Position numbers and translations under genes: made by a program. From Antedon mediterranea (lineage: Eukaryota; Animalia; Echinodermata), in assembly GCF_964355755.1 (NCBI RefSeq), contig NC_092677.1:22741175-22805174 (forward strand): a stretch of 64,000 nt of DNA, given 5' to 3'. A model generated the notes under the pieces. The model was given only the letters and a program-made list of their open reading frames with translations. It searched no databases and was not told where the DNA came from. Below, piece by piece: positions 24,801 to 36,139 of this stretch. Each line of letters starts with the position of its first letter. Position 1 is the first letter of the stretch.

Positions 24801-27800
24801 ACACACAGTCTATATATAGTCGCGCAAACGATCTTTGTTATGGCTACCCCCGATAGGCTAGGCGCGCCTACGATCTTTGATGTTGCATGAAAAATATCGT
24901 AAACAATTCATTCTAAATATGGTATCAGAACGTTCAATCGGTAGCTCAAAAAGACTGCCGTCAGAAGACCGTAATTATACAGACCTAGTTTTTTTGGTCA
25001 CATGGCATGAAACGCGATACTCTCTGCTTTACCGCAACATCTCGCATGTTTTTTTTTAAACTCAGTATGTGAGGGTGGCTGCCGACGATAAACAGTAATT
25101 AAGATCGTGTACCTGGATTTTGTGTCACATGACATCAAACACTCTCTCTGATCTTAATAACTGCTCACATGTTTTCCCCTCCAAATTCTGGTCGGGCCTT
25201 TTCTTATACACATGTCGCCTTTATGTTAAATCTTATAGTAATTAATATGGAATATATATTTATTTTGCATATATTTTGTTGGTGTCCTAGCCTAGGTGTC
25301 GTTGTTTTTATAATTCGCTAACCCAAGGTAGGATTAAATAATTTATAGTGTAGGCCGCCGAAACTAGACTAGATAGATAGCCTCGACTCTCTCTCTCTGC
25401 GTGAGCTGAGAGGTCCACGGACCCGATGTCGTCTCGTCGGCGGATTTCCGTCCAAATTAGGATAACCGATGCTAGCTAGGGTGGCTACAAAAATTGACGT
25501 CTACTATCTTTAGATAGGATTTTAATTAGCAAACAATACATTGTTTGTTTGCATTGTCCATGCTTCTAAAGTAAAGGCGATGACAATGGTGTTTACTAAC
25601 CCTACGAACCACCCTACGATCGACGCGTAGATAATTTAATATCATAACAATACATCGTAGACTACGTTCAGAGAACAATGACCTACGATGAATTTTACGT
25701 GCGAGAGTACCATTTCCGGCCATCTAGAGGTGTCATTTATCAAAATTCGGCTCGCCACAGGCCCAACCATGGTGGGCCTGTGCCTCGAATACTTAATCAA
25801 AATAATGGCTCTCCTCAACATATTGAGGAGAGCCATTAGGAGCTCTCCTCTTATATTTATAAATCAAGGTCTGATGTGGTATATAATTACAAATGTTAAT
25901 AAGAAAATATTTTCAGGTAAGAAGTTTCTGATCATAATCAAAGAATCCAGTCAATTTGTATTTGTAAATGACATACATTTAATAATTTACATTAATAATA
26001 AACAAGATATATGTAGTATATCACAACATACCCATAAAACTCATCACGATTCCTATATAAATTTTCTTTATTGTAGTCCTCATCACCTTCATCAGAAAGT
26101 TCTGCCAATAGACGCTTTTCCTCAAAATCCTCATCTTGCTCTTTTCTTATCTGCGCTTTCTTACGTAACTACCAAAAAACAATAAAAAGGTAAAAACTAT
26201 ATGGCTTTATGTTCATAATAACATAAGGGCAAAACAAATACAATTTGCTAACTACTAACCTCTTTAGCATGTCTCAAGCCTTTCTCCCATGCTGTCTCTA
26301 TTTTGGGCTCCTCTGGAATAACTGGTCTTGGTAACTCTTCCTAAATTTCAAACATTTTGCATATTAATTATGAAACCTGTACAGTTGTAATAATAATTGA
26401 CAAGCATTCGAAATTCTTAAACAGCAATGCTGGTACAGACTAATTTTTAGGCTAGACTTTCACTTTCTAGACATGGTCTCTTAAAATAACTTTAAACCAA
26501 TTTAGCAATTGTATGTTAATAATAAGATCATACATTCCCATCATAACAAGTGTGAATGTGGTGTTCACTACTAACCTCTGGTGGCGGTGTCGCTGGTCTT
26601 GGTGGTGCTAATATACTAGCATGGAGATTGTGTATTTCATTTCTCCCAATCATCATGTAATTTCCTGAAAATATCACATGTGTACAGTAATGTAAATATG
26701 ATTGCATTCCTACCAATCATTATGATATAAGATTGTAAAACATGTGCCAATCATTAAACTTGTACATTATCAGAATTGCTGTTTTTTTTACTGTATTTAT
26801 CTAAGGTATATTTAGGCTGTACATGCTATATATAATTAGTTACAATAAGCCTCATCTAAATGCTAGTTGCTTATTACAAGTTCTAGCCCATATTAGAATT
26901 TTTTAAATATAGTACGTGTTAAATCGCACCCATCCAGGGAATTGAAATTGGTAGTGTTTAAGTAATCAGAGTTTTTGTTAAGCTTTTAGATAGAGACCCA
27001 AAGAGTAAGACCATTTTGGTATGCATGATTTACAGAAAATAGCCAAGACCAAAATAGCTGCATGCTATAGCTATGCCTTAACCGAGAACCCTGGTAATGG
27101 TAGTGTTCTCATTCGGTATATTCTTGCGTGGCAGCACCATTACACAAAGGTGAAAATAAACGTCATACTTGATGCATGTGTGCGAACATTCAGGATTATT
27201 TTGTATTGCTTTACCTTTATCATTATAGCCAGGGTGGACAAATCTACATGATAAGCCCCAAGTGCATTGGCCACGCTGATAAAAACGACACGTTTGCCTA
27301 ACAAACGGTTTACGACCATGAGGATCTTTCAATTCACCTTCTTCATCTTCGTCCTAGAATTTTTTTTTAACAAGATTTTATTTTTTAAATCAAAAAATTG
27401 TTAACAATTATAATTTATTATCATATTTGTATGCATTAAATGAACTTAATTTCTTTTATAAAAAATAAATCCTACTGTATATTTGCCTACCGTATTTCGG
27501 TAACTAATTTTTATTTATTAAACCATACAACTTGCATTTTAGTTAAAGAATGACCTGATTTATAATATCATGTAATGAATTATATTTTATAAAAAACATC
27601 AACAATTGCAGATAATGTGTCTAAAAATTATTGTTGTAGTATCTCTAAAAATTAAGTTCATTAATATCCATTTAAAAGTCTAGGCCTACTACTCTAGGCT
27701 AGGACCAAGCTTTCTACTAATAAGTTTTAGCAAAACAATGCTTTGTTTTAGCAAAACAATGCTTTGTGTTCGCGTTTCAAAAGTTTATGTTCCTTTATTT

Positions 27801-28874
27801 CCAATAGAAACAAGTACTGTACGTTACCGGTACCAAAACAGATAGAAAAGGAAGGCTGGCAAAGAAATATTAATAAATGATCATCATCCATTAAAGTTTG
27901 TGTGTTCTGCCAAAAACCTTCAAAATATTAATGTTTTTACCTTAATAACCTTAACATGTACTTACATCTTTTATTTCTCCATCCTCGGTTTCATCATATT
28001 CACCTTCTTCCAATTCTGAATCAGATGTTTTTTTCTTTTCTTCTTTTATATCATCAATTTCTCCAATTTCACCTTTTTCTTCTACATGTCCTGGCTGTTG
28101 TTCACCATGTTCTACATCTTCCTCATAGTCTAACTCATCACCATGCATATCCAAAAGAACTTCCTTTGCTTTGTGACCCTTGACCTCTAAACTTTTACTC
28201 TGAGTGCTATCAATACTTTTGCTACCCACCTTTAAATCCCCTCCCTCAAAATTACCACTACTATGTAGTGATGAAATCTTACTTTTTGACTTATTAAAAC
28301 TAGATTTTGAGTCCTCTTCAGGAATGGGTAAATGTTCAGATTCATTATCATCACTAAGTTCTCCATCATCTGAACTTTCATCATTGTTTGGCTCTGCCTT
28401 TATGTTCATCTTGTCCACTTCATCAACAACAATTGGCAGATCTTGAAGTTCTACAAATGCTTGCTTATTATTATCAACATCATCTTGTATCATTGCATCT
28501 TCATCAGACACGTACTCACCATCATCTTCTTCTATGTCACACTCTCCACTTTCTTTAGGTTCATTATCTATCAACTTGTCACACTCTTTCTCCTGTTCTT
28601 TGTTCAAGTTCTTTGAGGGGCTTATAGTGGATTCATTTTGTGTTCTTTCTTTTTCCGCTATTGTAGACTTTATTGCTTCATCTTCATGTGAAGGTTCATT
28701 AACATCTGAATCATGTTCTTTTAATGGTTTGTCTTGGACAGACACACTGCTGGCCTCTATGTCCTCAGACACATTCGTCGAGGTATTCGTGTTATTTTCA
28801 CTTGCTATACTGTCCTCGTTAACATTTGCTATTTCTTCTGCAACAGCATCAAAGTTGCCATCTTGTTCATCCAT
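15807..28874 (-). CDS. ZC3H18: Zinc finger CCCH domain-containing protein 18 (CBC/ARS2-NEXT adaptor), 14 coding exons, ~1106 aa
   Basis: Phase-consistent GT-AG exons: 28874-27966, 27353-27215, 26664-26576, 26340-26260, 26168-26032, 24341-24251, 23335-23055, 22797-22381, 22124-22040, 21685-21373, 20700-20385, 18626-18527, 18369-18273, 16072-15807. Recognisable motifs: acidic N-terminus, CRFYQRGQCTWGLSCRFVHPGYNDKGNY, ETAWEKGLRHAKE, IRKEQDEDFEEKR, ADSWHDPWARARSPKK, RS tracts, DSEHMYANLASPVSSASS, DIKLTLLKK and C-terminal SRREELLKQLKEVEEAIARKRAK. A probable non-coding first exon ends at 29549. Confidence 0.93.
19830..20079 (+). mobile_element. tRNA-derived SINE with CORE-like body
   Basis: A-box-like TGGCGCAAGTG, B-box-like GTTTGAATC, body TCCTTAGGCAAGACACTTTACTC...CTCTCTCCACCCAGGTG, and tail GCGCTATGTAAAATGAAC(TAT)n. 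Confidence 0.75.
20809..21002. mobile_element. MITE with TTAA flanks (Kolobok- or Harbinger-like)
   Basis: TTAA|AGCCTGTTTTCCTGTCGACGTT...AACGTCGACAGGAAAACAGGCT|TTAA, in a ZC3H18 intron. Confidence 0.8.
24646..25873. mobile_element. Non-autonomous hAT-like element with 6-bp TSD (hAT6-like), 1.23 kb
   Basis: ATGTGG|CAGACCTTGATTTA...TAAATCAAGGTCTG|ATGTGG, with subterminal GGAGCGCC/GGAGAGCC repeats. Lies in a ZC3H18 intron. Confidence 0.8.
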
Positions 28875-29549
28875 TTTATGTACGTTTTAGTAGATAAGGA
28901 ATCCTGTATCACCTTAGAAAAAATAAGTAAATAAATATTGATCCATAAGTAGATATTAGCCTTGCATGTTTACATCGTTCATAGTTAAAAATGATCATTT
29001 TCAGCTATGTTTTCTACTTTTTATTATTATTTATACCAAAAAATGTATAACTTGGTTAAAAAATATTAAATTTTAAACAAGAAAGGAACAATAGTTCGCT
29101 TTTGGCATTTCATACAAAACAATGTTTTTCTGGCGGCGGCTCAACTTGGACGATTATGATGCATAAAAAAATAAGACGATCAGGACCGTATTTTCTGAGC
29201 ATAATAAACATCTTGTTGGGCATGAACGTCTTGTTAATGTTGGGCCTGATGCTGATCGTTTGTCAACCAACCATGTCTAGGCTCTACCAGGCTATAGGCC
29301 ACTAGCTAGGCCTCTACTCTAGCTAGGCTAGGCAAAGATAGAGAGGCCTACCTAGGCTATATAGTAGAGGGCCTATATATAGGCCTGGCCATAGAGGCTA
29401 GCTAGCTAGCTAACGCGGCCTGCCCTGGCCTGCCTGGTGGCCCTACTGCTGGTTATATTTTATAAACACACAACACAAGTCATTTACTCAGTCATCAAAA
29501 CAAACCAACTGCAAAAATATAAATCTATTACAATCTAATTAAACAAACC

Positions 29550-29968
29550 TTTACAGGTGTACTGTATCTTAATCTAGTAACGATGTAAATTAAGTTAAGA
29601 ATTGTGTATAATGGCCAGAATTAGACAAAAACTGGAGGTGTACGACAGGCCAATGTAACAAGAAACGTGATTGGTCAATACGGCGGGCTTGTAAACCTTA
29701 CATAAATATTGAAACAATTTTTTACACATTTAAAATAATTTAACCTCTTCAAAAAAACAATAAAATAAAGTTATTAATTTATAATATTTTTATATGTTTA
29801 ATTACAAATGTTAAATGTTTTATATTAAGCTAAGTAATATTTTGCTCGCGCTAGTAATTTAACTTTTCCTAAAGGTCACTGTTGATGATAAAAATCGCGA
29901 TCTGGCTGGTTGATAAGTTCACCGGTCCTCATTTTTAGGCTAGGTTTTTGTATAGTTTGGTTGTAAAA
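29550..29968. promoter_or_regulatory. Putative bidirectional promoter region ZC3H18/UQCRFS1
   Basis: Divergent 5' ends within ~420 bp. CCAAT/ATTGG boxes at ~29651 and ~29670; TCGCGC/TCGCGA motifs at ~29846 and ~29895. Confidence 0.55.
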
Positions 29969-32900
29969 ATGTTCGCTGTTGCGTCAAAGTCTGGGTCGTT
30001 AGCACCATTCTTCAGTGCAACATCACAATGTGTAGCTTCACAGGCAAGATCAACTATTGTAGCTACTCAACATGTTGCTGAGAAAGTAATTGTTCCGCCA
30101 CCACAAAAGTTGATGACAAACGAATCACTCGGACGTCTTCTTCCGAAGGGCCCCATAACGGCGGTTTCTGGTGTTCAAGGTAGGCCTAGCCGGTGCTAAT
30201 GCAGTTTCGTACTCAACCCTTAAAATGACTCACCTAGCCTAGGGCCTAGGTCTAACAATCAAAAATAAAAATGTGTTTTTAACGACATTGATTTGGAATA
30301 GGCCTAAGCCTACCTATATCTGCTACGCGGTATGCAATATCTATCACTATTCAGTGACAGTATGTAAATTGTAATCAAAGAAAATAATTGGGTGACTGAT
30401 GGTCGACTGATGGTATGGTCGAAGCGGCCGCCAGTTTAATATCGTCATTTGTATCGAACTCCATGTGCGCTTTAATCTTTGATTGTCGTTGTCAACGCCA
30501 TGGCCTATGGCGAGTTGAGTTACAGCTGTATGTATGGTCAAACCAATAAATATAAGCTAAACTAAATCATGTACTATCGAATCTTTATATTTCTATAATA
30601 ATTAAGTTTGCCTGCCGATAAATCAATGTATATTTTATTTGTATTTTAATATTAATAATATTAACTAACTAAATTTATTTACATATACTATCGAATCATT
30701 AATAATTTACGTTTGCATCATAATCTACAGTACTATTGAACCTTTATGTCTCATTTACATACTATTTATTTTTAAAAAATACATTGGCAGTGAAGGGAAA
30801 AAATAATGTTGAACTGACCCGACGTTTCTTGAGCACTCTCCTATCGAATCTTTATACAGTATTGCAATAATAATTTACGTATGGTATTGCCGAATATTTA
30901 TATCTCATTTACATACTATCGATTCTTTATACAGTATTGCATTAATATAATAATAATTTACATACGGTATTGCCGAATATTTATATCTCATTTATATACT
31001 ATCGAATCTTCATACAGTATTGCAATAATAATTTAAGTACGGTATTGCCGAATATTTATATCTCATTTACATTCGATCGAATCTACATACAGTATTGCAA
31101 TAATAATTTAAGTACGGTATTGCCGAATATTTATATCTCATTTACATACGATCGAATCTTTATACAGTATTGCAATAATAATTTAAGTACGGTATTGCCG
31201 AATATTTATATCTCATTTACATACGATCGAATCTTTATACAGTATTGCAATAATAATTTAAGTACGGTATTGCCAAATCTTTATATCATTTACATACTAT
31301 TGAATCGTTATACAGTATTGCATTAATAATTTACGTACGGTATTGCCAAATCTTTATATCTCATTTACCTGCTATCGAATCTTTATACAGGATTGCAATA
31401 ATAATTTACATACGGTATTGCCGAAATTTTATATCATCTACATACTATCGAATCGTTATACAGTATCACATTAATAATTTACGTACGACATTGCCAAATC
31501 ATTATATATCATTTACATACTATTGAATCGTTATACAGTATTGCAATAATAATTTACGTACGGTATTGCCGAATCTCTATATTATCTCATTTACTGTACC
31601 TACTATCGAATCGTTATACACAGTATTGCAATAATACTGTAATTGACGTACGGTATTGTCGAATCTTTATACTCGTTTACCTACTTATCGAATCTTTATA
31701 CAGTATTGCAATAATAATTTACGTACGGTATTGTCGAATCTTTATATCTCATTTACATACTATCGAATCTTGGTTTTTATTATTAGTAATGGGTGTGTTC
31801 TACAGTACATGAATACATTGTTTGTGTTTTTAATAAAGCAACGCGAGGACGAATACGCCAGAGGAACGCGCACCGTACAGACACTTACATCTTATATTAG
31901 TATTTAAAACTCATTTTAAATTGATTTATATATCTGAAGGTATAAAATAATGTAGGATATTAAATAAATAAATTGCTGTCATCATGATTGTAAATAAATT
32001 AGAAAGAAGTTATGAACAAATTATGAACACTACTAGTTACTTTACTGATTAATTAATATACAATAACAAAAATATATATTTTGATATACTTTATTGAAAA
32101 AATGTTTATAATTCTTAATAATTGGCTTATTATATATTATATTAATATACAATACAAACACCACAATGAATTTTATTGACTTTATTATTAAACAAATATA
32201 TCATTTATTTAAAATCATTTAGTTAAAAGAAGTAGGCTAATCATCGATTCGCCATTTCGTTTAAAAGAACGTATCACATTCAATCTGTAAAAAAAAAGAA
32301 AATAAATTACATTACAATAATGTAGATTGTTAATTACGTCCGAGTAAAGAAAACCTGTCGAAACAATGACAATCAAAGATTACAAACAAACGACAATCAA
32401 AGCGCACACGGCGTTCCATACTGTACAAATTACCGTTATTGAACTAGCGGCCGCCTTGGTTGGCGGCTGCTTCGACCGTAATCCTTTCAAGGTAGGCTAT
32501 AATAACTGCATTTGTTGGGGACCTAACAGTATACTGCGCTCTATTTTCAACAATTTCTTGTTTTTTCGCCACACCAATCATGGGGTGGTTCTGTAGACTT
32601 ATAATTTTGTTTCATATATCAATGTATCAGTGCAATTTCCGGGGACTTAGCAGGTCTATTTTAACACACAACCACACTCCCCACCCCCACCCCCTAGCCT
32701 AAGCCTACTAAATTATTCCTACAGGTATTTATGATGTTTTGAGATGGCCATTTTGGAAGCCACACATCCTTTTAAACCTGTAAAAAAAGAAACTATATTT
32801 ATTGACGGACTAAATATATCTACACAGTATTTAAATAAATAATATAGCTCCTAACATATATCACTTATTATAAAGTCTATATAAATGATGACAATTTATA

Positions 32901-35484
32901 TCGCACATATACATAAAAATAGCCCCATTCCCTACGTTTTTTAGATGTAATTTAAGATCACAAACTATATTTAATGTAAAAATAATACTATATGGTCCTA
33001 TTCCGATAACTTTTTTCGTCTTTAAACGGTTAAAAATGTGAAAAATAAGTCGATTTTAATAATTATAGCGGCCCGCTATAAATCCCAAAATGCATTGCGC
33101 GCGGATTGATATTTTTGTTTTTCACCTGTAATTCGCCCACTTTTCGATCGATCGTGAGGCCAAAACAAATGGAAGACTCCTAACTTTTCAGCGAAAATAC
33201 CGGGTTTTCCCCAATTTGTATCAACGGAGTCTGGCAAAAATAGAAAGACAATTAATGCAGCAACTATACAACGTCAGGCTAGGTATATAGCTAGCGTACG
33301 ATGTTCGCACGTTACCGATGTTTACCAGCTAGGCCTACAAAACTAAGCCTAGCCAGGCTAGGCCTAAGACCGTCCACGAGAGGTCGATCGCCGCGAGCTA
33401 CTTAGGTAGTGCATTGTTTCTCACTTTTTATCATAATTTACCATAAAACGTACATTTAAGACAAGGAATGACATGGTTTAATGTTTTTAAAGTGATATAT
33501 ATGTATTATTTTCCAAAAAACGTCCAAAATTGCAGGGAAGGGGTCTTTAAGTTATCTTTGTAATCCAGGAGAGAATGTGGAAAACCTGGAGATGAGTTTT
33601 AATTTACGAGAGTCTCTCGGACAAAACGGTACAGTGTTGGCATGAATGTGACTTTATTATGTTTTAATTTAATTTCAGGTAAAAGTTTTGTAAGGTTTGC
33701 CCATACTGATATAAATGTACCAGACTTCTCAGAATACAAGAGGCCACAAGGCACGCCAGAGAATTACACAACGCCAAAGGCATTCTCCTACATGGTTGTT
33801 GGTGGTAGTGGAGTTGCTACTGCATATATCGCTAAGTCTCTTGTAACTCAATTTGTATCATCGATGAGTGCATCAGCTGATGTATTAGCTTTGGCTAAAA
33901 TTGAAGTTAAACTTGCAGATATACCTGAAGTAAGTTTCTAGTAAATAACCATGGTGTTTTGTATTTAAAGCTTGGTTCCCACTAGAACGCAACGCAAGCG
34001 TTTTAACCAATGACAAGCGAAGTTATAGACAGTTAGCAATCACAAGCAAATAAGCCATCGCTTGTGATTGGTCAATTCACTTGCGTTGCGTTACGTCCTT
34101 GTGTTGCGTCGCTAGTGGGAACCACGCTTAAGAAAGCCTGAGAGCAGTAACTTTTAATATTAGAGAGGTTTCGCAATCTTACGAATACGATAACGAAAAC
34201 GGATACGTCACGCACACGTATTCGTAAGCCATAAAAAAATCTGTTTCGCATGGCAACGAAATATTGAGGCGCGTCCAAAATATGCGGTAAGTTTGAGCGA
34301 TGCGCGGGTACGTGTTGCTTGGTGCTAGGCTTAGCGTAACATCAAAGCGAGTGAGGACTTTAAAAACTACTATTATCAAAATTGACTTGGCATTTTAGTA
34401 AATTACTTTAGTAAATTACTTTCAATAAATCTATAATTATATTATAATCATGAATCATTCGTGATTTAAATGCAAAATGTGCAAATTAGATCAAAACCTA
34501 TACTCGTTTTGTAGTTACGAATATGACTGGTGATATTCGTCAACACGAATACGCTTTACGAATATGAAATGGGGATCAGCTCAAAAGTTTCACAAATGTA
34601 TGACGTTTCCGTTATCGTATTCGTAAGGTTGCGAAACCTCCCTACTATTAAATAGTTTCTCAAGCTACAGTACTACAGCTGACTATTGCATTATATTGTT
34701 GACAACTACTGTGTACTAACAAACTATCAATCAGATGGTATTTTTTTTTATATTAGTTTCCCCAGTTACTAATCTACAACATTTCATTCAAATATCCTAT
34801 TGAATACAAGTCAAGAAAATTGTGATATTCTTTAAATTCATTGTCAGAGCAGTTCACTTTTAAACGCACTTAGCTAGGTGGGTTATGACATGCTTATCAA
34901 TTTGGCACTAGCAATATCATGACCATACACAACTTCTGTTGTACAGGACTTTTTATTCCTCATTCTGTACACCACCAACTGCTCGATATACTGTACAGGT
35001 TGATTAGAAAGTGCAAAACAAATTTGAAATATTAGAGTTTAAGTTACAAAAGGACTGGTATAGGAAAAAATAATAGGAAAACTAAAGTAATTGGTATTCA
35101 TTTTGCTGTTGAATGTAATACTTAAACCTTCTTTTTTCATTCTAGGGGAAGAATGTTACATTTAAGTGGAGAGGAAAACCTCTTTTTATCCGTCATCGAA
35201 CGCAAGAGGAAATTGAAAATGAAGTGAATGTTGATGTTTCTTCATTGCGTGATCCTGAACACGATAGTGCTAGAGCTAAAATACCAGAATGGTTGGTTAT
35301 TATCGGTGTATGCACGCATTTAGGTTGTGTGCCTATTTCCAATTCTGGCGATTATGGAGGCTATTATTGCCCATGTCACGGCTCCCACTATGATGCTTCC
35401 GGTCGTATCAGGAAGGGTCCGGCTCCACTCAACCTCGAAGTTCCCATTCACGAGTTCCAAGATGATATTGTAGTTGTTGGATAG
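29969..35484 (+). CDS. UQCRFS1: Cytochrome b-c1 complex Rieske iron-sulfur subunit, mitochondrial, 266 aa
   Basis: Exons 29969-30179, 33679-33929 and 35146-35484 (phases 1 and 0, GT-AG). Presequence, [48 protein letters not shown], Rieske boxes CTHLGC and [15 protein letters not shown]. Confidence 0.97.
30838..31770. repeat. 75-bp minisatellite, ~12 copies, in UQCRFS1 intron 1
   Basis: Unit TACTATCGAATCTTTATACAGTATTGCAATAATAATTTACGTACGGTATTGCCGAATATTTATATCTCATTTACA with period 75 (e.g. 31022/31097/31172/31247). Degenerate units extend back to ~30570. Confidence 0.92.
32921..33546. mobile_element. Degenerate Kolobok-like non-autonomous element
   Basis: Right end GCAGGGAAGGGGTCT|TTAA; the left end AGCCCCATTCCCT is an imperfect match. 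Confidence 0.35.
33969..34128. mobile_element. Harbinger-like MITE (copy 1)
   Basis: TAA|AGCTTGGTTCCCACTAG...CTAGTGGGAACCACGCT|TAA. A near-identical inverted copy lies at 42176-42361. Confidence 0.85.
34161..34644. mobile_element. MITE with ~35-bp TIRs, unclassified
   Basis: TAGAGAGGTTTCGCAATCTTACGAATACGATAACG / CGTTATCGTATTCGTAAGGTTGCGAAACCTCCCTA. TSD not clear. Confidence 0.75.
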
Positions 35485-36139
35485 TACAAATAATATAAAG
35501 CATGGACATTAGGAGTTTCAATTGAATTAATCTGAAGATGTGATGTGATTTTAACGTTAATATTGTACATTTCAGAAGACAGGTTTGCAAATGAATTGCA
35601 TTTAAAAAATATGTGTTTACTTTCATAATATTTCAACTTTTCCATAATTTACTTGAATACAATATTTAATCTTAGAAAATATAGCATAATATTAAAATTG
35701 TTTGTATCCTGGAAAGTTGCAATCACATCAAAGTGTACAAATAAATATTCTAAAAAGTATTGTCACAGTAGTTTGGTTATTATCACAACTTGTGTAGGAA
35801 ATTACTTCTGTCTATGTCATAATGGACAATCATATTTATTTTCTCAAATACTGTATTATTATTATAAATAATAATCCTAAATATTTCTTATTTTGAAAAA
35901 ACCAATTCAATTTATTAAAGTTGAAAAACAATAGTACAGTTAGTAATGATACAAGACAAAAATAAAAATTATACTAATAACAAATAAATTGATGTAAATT
36001 AGATCTAAATTGCTGCAAAGATGAAGAAGTATTTTTTTTTTAACTGTCTGTAAAAAAACTGTGCCGAGTGCCGAGCCACGTAGACTAGATACACAAAATT
36101 GAGTGTTTTCCTAAAATTATTACACCTAAAAAAACTTGT

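Noticed and set aside
25526-26185. 165-aa and neighbouring ORFs as a transposase or gene
   Set aside because: They span a MITE end and the antisense of a ZC3H18 exon; no recognisable domain.
27956-28934. Plus-strand ORFs opposite the large acidic ZC3H18 exon (also 20322-20723 and 5623-6256)
   Set aside because: Antisense shadows of real coding exons.
30970-31907. Repetitive ORFs ([17 protein letters not shown])
   Set aside because: Product of the 75-bp minisatellite (length divisible by 3) inside an intron.
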